From: Bacteroidales bacterium
GTDB taxonomy: Bacteria > Bacteroidota > Bacteroidia > Bacteroidales > VadinHA17
Reading direction: 5' to 3'
Length of the DNA stretch: 64,000 nucleotides
NCBI GenBank assembly: GCA_050014255.1
Contig: JBEKDR010000009.1
Span: 4,750-68,749 of the forward strand
Shown here piece after piece: positions 56,212 through 64,000 of the stretch. How positions within the stretch are numbered: position 1 is the first letter of the stretch; each line of letters begins with the position of its first letter. Under the pieces are notes generated by a model. It ran no database searches. It was not told the DNA's origin and was given only the letters and a program-made list of their open reading frames with translations. Made by a program: the position numbers and the translations under genes.

Positions 56212-57840
56212 TCAATCCTTATCATATCTCTGATTATTTCCCAGTATCCTTGCGTAGTAAGCTTCTTCACCGGTTTTTTCCAATTCAGCAATTGTGTGAT
56301 TCATTGTCGAAACGCCATACTCTTTTTGTTTCCGTAAGTGAATGAACATTGCTGCTAAGTTCACTGCCGTTTCAACTCCTTTTGGGTTTCTGAATATCAC
56401 GGTAAAAAACATCTTCCAATAAAAGAATCCAGTCGCTGAGTTAAAACCTGCCCTACCACAAACCCTTAGGAATGAACGCATATAAATAAGCCAGGTTCTG
56501 AAATTTGGATTATGTCTATAATGTGGTCTGATATTCAAGCCTGTATAAATAACCCGCTTATAATAATTCGAAGGATCATAAATTTCATTGACAACCCGAA
56601 TAAAATTCTTAAGGATCTCGATACGTGAAATCAGTGTAATAAAGTTCAGACCGCTCGTTGTCTGGTCAATATCGCTCTCACCAATTGATCGGGATGCATG
56701 CTGAAACAACCTACCTTCAGATTCAAGACGGCGGGTTAATTGAGTATTTGGCAGTGCGTAAAGCAGACTGATCATTGCCATGCAGATTCCTGATTTCTGG
56801 ATGGAATCGATCATATTATCGGCAATCTGTCTGCTTTCACTGTCGAAACCAATAATATATCCTCCATTACTCACTATACCATACGATAAGAGTTTCCTGA
56901 CAGCATCTTCGATCGGTTTGTTAATATTCTGGATTTTCTTGTTCAGTTTCAAAGTATCATTTTCGGGTGTTTCAATACCAAGAAACACGTACCGAAAATC
57001 TGCATCTTTCATTAACTGAAGCAATTCATCATCATCGGCCAGGTTAATAGAGGCTTCGGTAGCAAAATAAAATGGATACCGGTGGTTTTTAGTCCATTTA
57101 TTTAATTCACGCAAGAGGTCTTTAGCCTTCTTTTTATTACCAATAAAGTTATCATCGACTATGTCAACATGACCACGATAACCTAATTCGTAAAGGGATT
57201 GGAGTTCTTTGATCACCTGTTCGTTTGACTTAAATCTGGGTATTCGTCCATATAGCTCAATGATATCGCAGAATTCGCAATTAAAGGGACAACCCCTGCT
57301 AAATTGAATTCCGATCATAATATAATTCCGGAAATTGATCAAATCATATCTTGGAACAACAGAATTCAACATATTGGCCTTTTCCTCAGAAAAATATCTC
57401 CCGCTTTTTGCCCCCTTCTGCAAATCATTTAAGAACATGGGAATGGTAACCTCTCCTTCTCCCAAGACTAAAAAGTCGGCCTCGTGGTAAACATCAGGCT
57501 GTGAAGTAGGATCGGGACCACCAACCACAACAATGCGATCAAGATCATGCACCCTCTTAATGAAATTGAGCATGCTTTTCTGTTGAGTAAGCATCCCCCC
57601 TGTACAGACAATATCAGCCCATTTCACATGGTCATTTAGCAAAGGTTCAGCGTTCTCGTCAATTAACCTGAATATCCAATGCTGGGGAAGGAGTGCAGCC
57701 ACTGTCAGCAATCCAAGAGAGGAAGCCGGGTATTTTGCCCCAACCATGTTACAAACTTCCTCGTAATTCCAGAAACTAAATCCTGAAAATTTTGTTTGTA
57801 CAAGAAGGCATTTTGTATGCCCACCAAGCAAATCCTTCAT
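56212..57840 (-). CDS. B12-binding-domain radical SAM protein (DUF4070-type C-terminus)
   Basis: GCPFNCEFCD (CxxxCxxC) after an N-terminal cobalamin-binding-like domain. 542 aa. Confidence 0.8.
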   Translation of the reverse strand: MKDLLGGHTKCLLVQTKFSGFSFWNYEEVCNMVGAKYPASSLGLLTVAALLPQHWIFRLIDENAEPLLNDHVKWADIVCTGGMLTQQKSMLNFIKRVHDLDRIVVVGGPDPTSQPDVYHEADFLVLGEGEVTIPMFLNDLQKGAKSGRYFSEEKANMLNSVVPRYDLINFRNYIMIGIQFSRGCPFNCEFCDIIELYGRIPRFKSNEQVIKELQSLYELGYRGHVDIVDDNFIGNKKKAKDLLRELNKWTKNHRYPFYFATEASINLADDDELLQLMKDADFRYVFLGIETPENDTLKLNKKIQNINKPIEDAVRKLLSYGIVSNGGYIIGFDSESRQIADNMIDSIQKSGICMAMISLLYALPNTQLTRRLESEGRLFQHASRSIGESDIDQTTSGLNFITLISRIEILKNFIRVVNEIYDPSNYYKRVIYTGLNIRPHYRHNPNFRTWLIYMRSFLRVCGRAGFNSATGFFYWKMFFTVIFRNPKGVETAVNLAAMFIHLRKQKEYGVSTMNHTIAELEKTGEEAYYARILGNNQRYDKD

Positions 57841-58096
57841 TTATATCCCTTATCACTAAATCATAAAGTAAAGATAAGCGAAAATCAAAAACCACATTAG
57901 GGCACGCAATCTCCTCCAACCTACTCCCGATTTGCAGTAAACATAAAAACAACATGGCACAGCAATTTGATGCATTAGACATATTGACAATCTAGATTAT
58001 AACGCTCACGTATTTGTTTTATTATGTATATGTTACAGAATCAATCAGCAATTCCGTCCGCCTCTAAAATTAAAAATCCCGCATATCGTTGATCTT

Positions 58097-58166
58097 GCCG
58101 GGTTAGCGTTTTAAAGAAGTGGAACAACTCGTAATTGATACATATGGATGGTCAGGTGGCTTTGCT
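58097..58166 (+). repeat. possible shortened R element (R5)
   Basis: GCCGGGTTAG ... CATATGGATGGTCAGGTGGCTTTGC resembles the R 5' end and CAACTATGGTCAAGGTCACTGGCTTTT. Confidence 0.25.
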
Positions 58167-58418
58167 TCGATGGACAAGAATTTATAAAACTTTGCTTCAA
58201 CCAAAAACAAATTGAACACAACAAGTTCTATAAAAGTTGTTGTATTAATTTTCCTTTTTATTGAGTGTATATTTTATTCTCTTTTATCTGATAAACCTTT
58301 ATGACCATAACCGATAGAGATACACAGAGAGTTATAAATATCGTATGATGTGTTAATTGGTATTTTTATAGTGCTGAATCAGAAAATTGTAGTAAAAAAG
58401 TTGGTAGCTTTTCAAACA

Positions 58419-58504
58419 GGTGAATCAAAAGGGGTACTTTATATTATTTGCATTGTAAATAACTGATTAAATGAGTATTGCCAAACAGGTTCGAGAGGAG
58501 GCAG
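58419..58504 (+). repeat. S element copy E
   Basis: GGTGAATCAAAAGG ... ACTGATTAAAT ... GTATTGCCAAACAGGTTCGAGAGGAGGCAG. 86 nt. Confidence 0.8.
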
Positions 58505-58743
58505 GTTTCTAAACCTGTGATGGAGTTAGGCAATAACCTATAGACATAAATGAAATGCAACATGGTATTATATATTGTCTTTTAAAATTCGGCTAAAAAT
58601 TATTTTTCTGATACTCAAATATTTTGTAAATTATATAGCAATAATACTACTGATTACATAAATAATTGCAATTAATAAACAATGCTTTGAACTGAACGAA
58701 ACTATTCTTTCAGTGTTGAAGAAGTAGCGAATTAATCTTAATT

Positions 58744-59391
58744 ATGGGAAAAGAAGAAAACAGACTATATAAATTTGCTTATCAACTAAGCCTATTTACC
58801 ATCTTTTACAACATTATCGAAGGGATAGTTTCGATGATTTTAGGTTACAAGGATGAAACTCTTACTTTATTGGGATTTGGTGTAGATAGTTTTATTGAAG
58901 TAATGTCGGGTATTGGTATTGCAATGATGATATTACGAATCAAACAGTATCCAGACAGCCCAAAAAGTGCATTCGAAATAAAAGCCTTAAAAATTACAGG
59001 TACAGCATTTTATCTTTTATCGGCAGGTTTATTTGCAGGGATAGTTTTAAATCTCATCCATCATAACAAGCCAGAAACCACACTTTGGGGTGTAATAATA
59101 TCACTGGTTTCTATTGCAGTAATGGTTTGGCTGATGAATGCCAAAAAGAAAACAGGCAAACAACTTAATTCTCAACCCATAATTGCTGATTCCAATTGCA
59201 CCAAGATTTGTTTATATATGTCATTGGTACTACTCGCATCAAGTCTTGTCTACGAACTCACAGGCTTTGCTTATGCGGATGTCATTGGCGCAGCAGGTCT
59301 AATTTACTTTTCCATAACTGAAGGCAAAGAAGCCTTTGAAAAAGTTAAAGTGAAAGAATGTATATGCGGAGTTAGGTGCAAAAAGAAATAG
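58744..59391 (+). CDS. cation-diffusion-facilitator-like membrane protein (TM domain only)
   Basis: 215 aa with 6 TM segments. Has the D..E / D in TM2 and TM5 (GFGVDSFIEV, ADSNC) and a Cys-rich tail. Confidence 0.45.
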   Translation: MGKEENRLYKFAYQLSLFTIFYNIIEGIVSMILGYKDETLTLLGFGVDSFIEVMSGIGIAMMILRIKQYPDSPKSAFEIKALKITGTAFYLLSAGLFAGIVLNLIHHNKPETTLWGVIISLVSIAVMVWLMNAKKKTGKQLNSQPIIADSNCTKICLYMSLVLLASSLVYELTGFAYADVIGAAGLIYFSITEGKEAFEKVKVKECICGVRCKKK

Positions 59392-59609
59392 TTTTATCAC
59401 CTTTCTCTATGCACCGTTATTAGGAATGAATTGATCAGTTTGCTCTGAGATAAAGTAATCACTTTAGTTCAGTTTTGCATTCTCAGCCTTTACTGGAAGC
59501 AAGTGCTTAGTTTAACCGGGTTTCCTGACAGTATTTTAAAACCACACCTTAAAATTATATCTTTACTGACAAACTTTAGGCTGACGATTTACACTTATTA
59601 TGTAAACTG

Positions 59610-61175
59610 ATGAGGAATCTTCCAATTCTAGATTTTTCAATAATAGTGGCATATCTGGTCGTAATGGTATTGGTTGGTATTTATTTCTCCAGGAAGAATA
59701 AAAGCTCTAATCAGTTTACAAAGGCCTCCGGAAAGATTCCGGGTTGGGCAATCGGACTATCTCTTTATGCCACTTTTTTAAGTAGCAATACTTTTTTAGG
59801 GGTTCCCGGAAAAGCCTTTGGAACCAATTGGAATGCCTTTGTTTTCAGTATATCAATGCCATTTGCAGCATGGATAGCCTCAAAATATTTTGTACCATTT
59901 TATCGAAATATTGGTGGTGTATCAGCCTATACTCATCTTGAGCACCGTTTCGGTTCCTGGGCCCGTACCTATGCTGTAGTATGTTTTATATTGACCCAAA
60001 TAGCACGCATGGGCACAATATTTTTTGGTATCGCACTAACTTTGCAAGCCCTTACAGGATATAGCATGCAAACAATTATGCTGGTAGTGGGAGTGTGTAT
60101 TATTATATATACTGTTCTTGGGGGTATTGAAGCAGTAATATGGACTGAAGTAATTCAAGCTGGAATAAAAACTATAGGTGCAGTGATAATTGTCTATCTA
60201 ATCATCAAAGATATGCCAGGAGGGTTATCTAAAATTATAGAAATTGGACAAAAGAGCCAAAAGTTTAGCCTGGGCAGTTTTTCTCCAAACTTTACAGAAT
60301 CTACATTTTGGGTGGTTCTTTTCTACGGATTTTTTATGAACCTGAACAACTTTGGAATGGACCAAAATTATGTGCAGCGTTACTATGCTGCAACTTCTGC
60401 AAAGAAGGCTTCTAAATCCATATGGCTATGCGTTTGGTTATATTTGCCAGTTTCATTATTGTTTTTCTTTATAGGGTCTTGTCTCTATGCCTATTCTCAG
60501 GTTCATCCGGAGTTTTTAGAGGTGATTAAACACCAGGTTGCAGGCGAACGTTTAAATAGTACTGCATCTACGGCGGAAATCATAAAAATGGCCTCTGCTC
60601 TTAAGCTATCTGATTATGCTGATAAGGTAATGCCACATTTTATGGTGACCCAAATTCCGAGTGGTTTACTGGGACTAATTGTTTCAGCCATTTTATCTGC
60701 TGCCATGAGTACCATAAGTTCAGGAATGAATTCTTCTACTACAGTATTTTCTGTAGATATTTATAAGAGATATTTTAAACCTGATATCACTGATAAGCAA
60801 AATCTATTTGTGCTTCACATTGGTACAATAATTTTCGGATTATTAGGCATGGGCACAGGTATCGCGATAATTGGTGTTAAAAGCTTACTGGATACCTGGT
60901 GGAAGTTATCGGGCATATTTGCCGGAGGAGTACTTGGTTTATTCCTTTTAGGTTTAGTAAGCAAAACAAGTAAAAATACAGAAGCGCTAATTGCAACTAT
61001 CATCGGGGCTTTTGTGATCCTCTGGATGACCTTCTCTTCTTTTTTACCAGAAAAATATTCATTCCTGAGTAGCCCTGTTCACGAAAGCATGATCATTGTG
61101 ATTGGAACGATGACCATTTTCCTTGCTGGTCTGCTATTAACCTTTGCCAGAAAAAAGCGTGTAAAAGCAGAATAG
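59610..61175 (+). CDS. sodium:solute symporter (SSF) family transporter
   Basis: 521 aa with about 13 TM segments and a typical SSF N-terminus. Confidence 0.8.
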   Translation: MRNLPILDFSIIVAYLVVMVLVGIYFSRKNKSSNQFTKASGKIPGWAIGLSLYATFLSSNTFLGVPGKAFGTNWNAFVFSISMPFAAWIASKYFVPFYRNIGGVSAYTHLEHRFGSWARTYAVVCFILTQIARMGTIFFGIALTLQALTGYSMQTIMLVVGVCIIIYTVLGGIEAVIWTEVIQAGIKTIGAVIIVYLIIKDMPGGLSKIIEIGQKSQKFSLGSFSPNFTESTFWVVLFYGFFMNLNNFGMDQNYVQRYYAATSAKKASKSIWLCVWLYLPVSLLFFFIGSCLYAYSQVHPEFLEVIKHQVAGERLNSTASTAEIIKMASALKLSDYADKVMPHFMVTQIPSGLLGLIVSAILSAAMSTISSGMNSSTTVFSVDIYKRYFKPDITDKQNLFVLHIGTIIFGLLGMGTGIAIIGVKSLLDTWWKLSGIFAGGVLGLFLLGLVSKTSKNTEALIATIIGAFVILWMTFSSFLPEKYSFLSSPVHESMIIVIGTMTIFLAGLLLTFARKKRVKAE

Positions 61176-61204
61176 TTTAGAATATATGATTTAAAACACA
61201 CAAC

Positions 61205-62140
61205 ATGATTAACAAAAAACGTAGAGAATTTATTCCGGTGATGCTTACACCTTTTAAAGACAATGGCAAAATTGACTTTAATGGATTAACTGAATTGACG
61301 GAATTCTATATAAAATCGGGGGCTTCGGGTTTATTTTCCAATTGTCTTTCGAGCGAAATGTTTGAACTCACTGAACAAGAAAGACTGCAGGTGGTAAAGC
61401 AGGTTGTAAAAGTAACGGGAGGTGCTGTTCGTGTTGTTGCCACCGGAACATTTGGCGGAGAGATCCAAACTCAGGCAGATTTTATTAAAAAAATCTATGA
61501 AACTGGCGTAGATGCTGTAATTATTATTGCCAATATGCTTGCCAATCAGGAGGAGCCTGATGAAGTATTTAATGTCAATATGTTTAAACTATTAGATCTA
61601 ACGTATCAAATCCCATTGGGTTTTTATGAATGTCCGGTTCCTTACAAAAGACTCATCTCCCCGGAGCAATTAAACCTTTTTGTAGGCACAAAGAGAATCA
61701 TTTATCATAAAGATACATGTCCGGATATTGAGCAGGTCAAACTAAAACTTAAGGCTGTAAATGACCAGGACTTTGGATTGTATGTCGCCTATATGGGTCA
61801 TGCAGTCGCATCTTTGGAAGCTGGTGCTTCAGGACTTTCTTGTATTCAAGGGAATTATTGGCCGGAACTTATTGTTTGGCTATGTGACAATTTTAATAAT
61901 GCTTCTTTAACCAAAGAGGTGGCTAAAGTGCAACAATTCTTTATTGATAATATAGAGGTGATGCATAATGTATATCCGATTACAGCAAAATATTACCTTC
62001 AAAAAAAAGGACTACATTTATCTACTTTTACCCGCCAGCAAGTCAGGGAGTTTACAAAAGATATCAGAAACAAAATGGGGCAGCTTCTTACTGATTACAA
62101 TAACCTGGTAAATGATTTAAAACTTAGTCTTACTATTTGA
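61205..62140 (+). CDS. dihydrodipicolinate synthase / N-acetylneuraminate lyase family protein
   Basis: 311 aa TIM-barrel-like pattern. Context is an SSF transporter and a sialidase-like gene. Confidence 0.6.
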   Translation: MINKKRREFIPVMLTPFKDNGKIDFNGLTELTEFYIKSGASGLFSNCLSSEMFELTEQERLQVVKQVVKVTGGAVRVVATGTFGGEIQTQADFIKKIYETGVDAVIIIANMLANQEEPDEVFNVNMFKLLDLTYQIPLGFYECPVPYKRLISPEQLNLFVGTKRIIYHKDTCPDIEQVKLKLKAVNDQDFGLYVAYMGHAVASLEAGASGLSCIQGNYWPELIVWLCDNFNNASLTKEVAKVQQFFIDNIEVMHNVYPITAKYYLQKKGLHLSTFTRQQVREFTKDIRNKMGQLLTDYNNLVNDLKLSLTI

Positions 62141-62266
62141 TTTATGAAATGTCAGATCAAGAATTTTCTGATAAGATCCTGGAATTAAGATAACCTTGTT
62201 TTCAATGGGATTGAAAGAAACTGCTCCTACAATCTATCCGTATGCTGACTGGCTATTGAGGGGTAT

Positions 62267-63304
62267 TCACTTTGCCTCTTCTAACACCACGTGTTTTATG
62301 TTTACGCGGTTGTAAGTGTACGTGATGTGGATTCTTCCATCATTTGATTGGATCACTGCTGGATAACTGAACTCGCCTTTCCCTTCACTTTCAAGAATAA
62401 ATGCATCAGTCCACTTTATACCATCTTTTGAAATCGCAACTTTCAGTTTGTCTCTATCATCACGCCCATGAATGGTTGGGTTGTATACCAACAAATACCA
62501 TCCATCTTTAAGTGTGACAGCATCAATGCCAGAATTTGGGTTTGGTAATTCTGTTTTAGTTAATGTTCCCCAGTTATTTCCCTTGTCCTCGGAAAAAGCT
62601 TGTACTATGGCATTACTTTTACTCCTGCACAAAATCTGCAACTTATTGTCCGAATGGAGCAATATGGTCGGCTGGATTACATTAAACTTAGTTTCAGGAT
62701 CTACGGGAATAAACTGCCATGTTTTTCCGAAATCAATAGATTTTTCTATGTGCGCTTTCCAGCTTTCCCTGGTTTCAATACTTGATGGAGAAAGAATGGT
62801 CCCATTAGGCAATTGAACAGGTTTGTCTTTTATAGGACCTAAGATTCCCTTAGGTAATCTTTCAGGAGAAGTCCAGGTCTTCCCATCATTAGTGGAAGTA
62901 CGGACCATACCCCACCACGTCCTTGGAGATGGGCCCACCTTATAGAATAAAAACAGTTTCCCTTCTTTGGTTTTAAAAAGAACAGGGTTCCAGCATGGAT
63001 AACGCAACGTGTCATTTATAATTCCGTCGGCCATCTTTGCAGGTTTGCTCCATTCCCCATTCTCTGTTTTAGAAAACCAGATGCAAACATCCTTTTTACC
63101 TTCACTTGTACCTCCAAAAGCAGCCAGCATAAATTTATCAGGTGTAACTTCCACAATTGTGGAAGCATGACATTGAGCAAAAGGAGGTTCTTTAAAAATA
63201 AGCTCATCACTTACCTTATGTAAAGTAATTTGGCCGGTACTAATAATTGCAGGCAAAAAAAACAATATAAGGACAGTCCCTAATATTCTCATAATGTTGT
63301 TCAT
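62267..63304 (-). CDS. BNR/Asp-box beta-propeller protein (sialidase family)
   Basis: Signal peptide and four Asp-boxes: STNDGKTW, SIDFGKTW, SEDKGNNW and SKDGIKW. Confidence 0.75.
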   Translation of the reverse strand: MNNIMRILGTVLILFFLPAIISTGQITLHKVSDELIFKEPPFAQCHASTIVEVTPDKFMLAAFGGTSEGKKDVCIWFSKTENGEWSKPAKMADGIINDTLRYPCWNPVLFKTKEGKLFLFYKVGPSPRTWWGMVRTSTNDGKTWTSPERLPKGILGPIKDKPVQLPNGTILSPSSIETRESWKAHIEKSIDFGKTWQFIPVDPETKFNVIQPTILLHSDNKLQILCRSKSNAIVQAFSEDKGNNWGTLTKTELPNPNSGIDAVTLKDGWYLLVYNPTIHGRDDRDKLKVAISKDGIKWTDAFILESEGKGEFSYPAVIQSNDGRIHITYTYNRVNIKHVVLEEAK

Positions 63305-63734
63305 ATATTAAATGATTTGGTTGGTGGATACTCTGGATTCTGGTTAATTTTAAACCAAAGTTAGCATCAATTCCTATTTGTGGAATAGGAAAAAATTCAT
63401 GATTATGCTAAATAGTAATTCCTGTTGATTCATGCAAACTATACTTACGAGTCTACTTTTCCAATCATCGGCAAGCAAGTATTTTTATGTTCCCAAAGCT
63501 CTTCATCCCTCCATCTGCTTCCCTTATGCCACATAAAACCCTGTCATTCCGAGTCCGCCAACTGGCTGACGAGGAATCTCATATTCAATTGTTTTGAGAT
63601 TATTATTGATAACCGATACTCATTTTATTTTATATTTGGATTATTAAAGCAAGAGTCTCATGCCTTCAGGATTAGATTTTATAAAGATTTCTAAATTAAG
63701 ATTAAATTGGTGTTTTTAACTAACTCCTTTTTTT

Positions 63735-64000
63735 ATGTCAACTATGAAAATTCTGACAATTGGGTCTAAAAGTAAGTTTTTACATTTACTTTTTACAGGA
63801 ATTTTTTTATGTCTCTTTATTATCCAGTCTGCTGGTCAAAAAAGGGATTTTAAAGAAGCACAGATCTACATTACTGCACAAGCCACTCAGCAGTTGCTGG
63901 CTAATAGAGGTTTCACGGCTTTTGAACCGCTTGAACAGCCTGATGAAAACTATCCGACAATCATGATTGATGTAAACAAAACCTTCCAGACTATCGAAGG
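63735..64000 (+). CDS. glycoside hydrolase family 30-like protein, N-terminal part (runs off the window)
   Basis: ATG at 63735 with the frame open to the end. Signal peptide, then ..IMIDVNKTFQTIEG, resembling the GH30 N-terminal motif. Confidence 0.5.
   Translation, partial: MSTMKILTIGSKSKFLHLLFTGIFLCLFIIQSAGQKRDFKEAQIYITAQATQQLLANRGFTAFEPLEQPDENYPTIMIDVNKTFQTIE

Noticed and set aside
63543-63580. GTCATTCCGAG..CGAGGAATCTC imperfect palindrome inside ORF 63425..63694. It is reminiscent of a REP-type sequence I believe is common in Bacteroidota.
   Set aside because: There is only one copy in this window, so I cannot evaluate it as a family. The enclosing 89-aa ORF is probably spurious.

Overview
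The window looks like a chromosomal segment of an AT-rich Bacteroidota-type genome. This assignment rests on a T9SS C-terminal sorting domain, a GldA/F/G-type ABC set, a 287-aa primary sigma factor, many OM beta-barrel proteins and no obvious Shine-Dalgarno use. All protein calls come from reading the supplied translations for motifs; no database search was run.

Coding content is mostly housekeeping or accessory metabolism:
- a CzcCBA-type metal efflux set (1-4702)
- a TetR-controlled AcrAB-TolC-type efflux operon (36.8-43.2 kb)
- gldA/F/G plus DUF4340
- an ABC-2 exporter, tatA and HU
- a two-subunit molybdo-oxidoreductase (IorAB-like)
- DUF4954, nagB, an ADP-forming acyl-CoA ligase and an ACP
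- ROK glucokinase, a CotH/T9SS protein, acpP, apt and rpoD
- a B12-radical-SAM enzyme
- a sialidase / DHDPS-like / SSS transporter / GH30 cluster

There is one tRNA-Ser(UGA). I saw no rRNA and no CRISPR array.

The unusual material is non-coding:
1. A fixed-length (~85 nt) interspersed element, called S here. It has three conserved boxes and 5-7 copies, all on the + strand. I cannot assign it to a known family.
2. A second ~100-110 nt element, called R here. It co-localises with S, and two inverted copies bracket the CotH gene.
3. A tRNA-Ser locus carrying tRNA half-copies, a 124-nt palindromic module, a truncated integrase and a start-less HNH nuclease gene.
4. Many 7-8-nt-period degenerate tandem repeats just 3' of genes.
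5. GC-rich multi-hairpin (REP-like) modules.

Decay signatures include a 1-nt frameshift in an NhaD-type antiporter gene, a 37-codon TIR-domain gene stub, and an AT-rich patch around apt.

I did not find a convincing new multi-gene protein system. The S/R elements are the best candidates for something undescribed.
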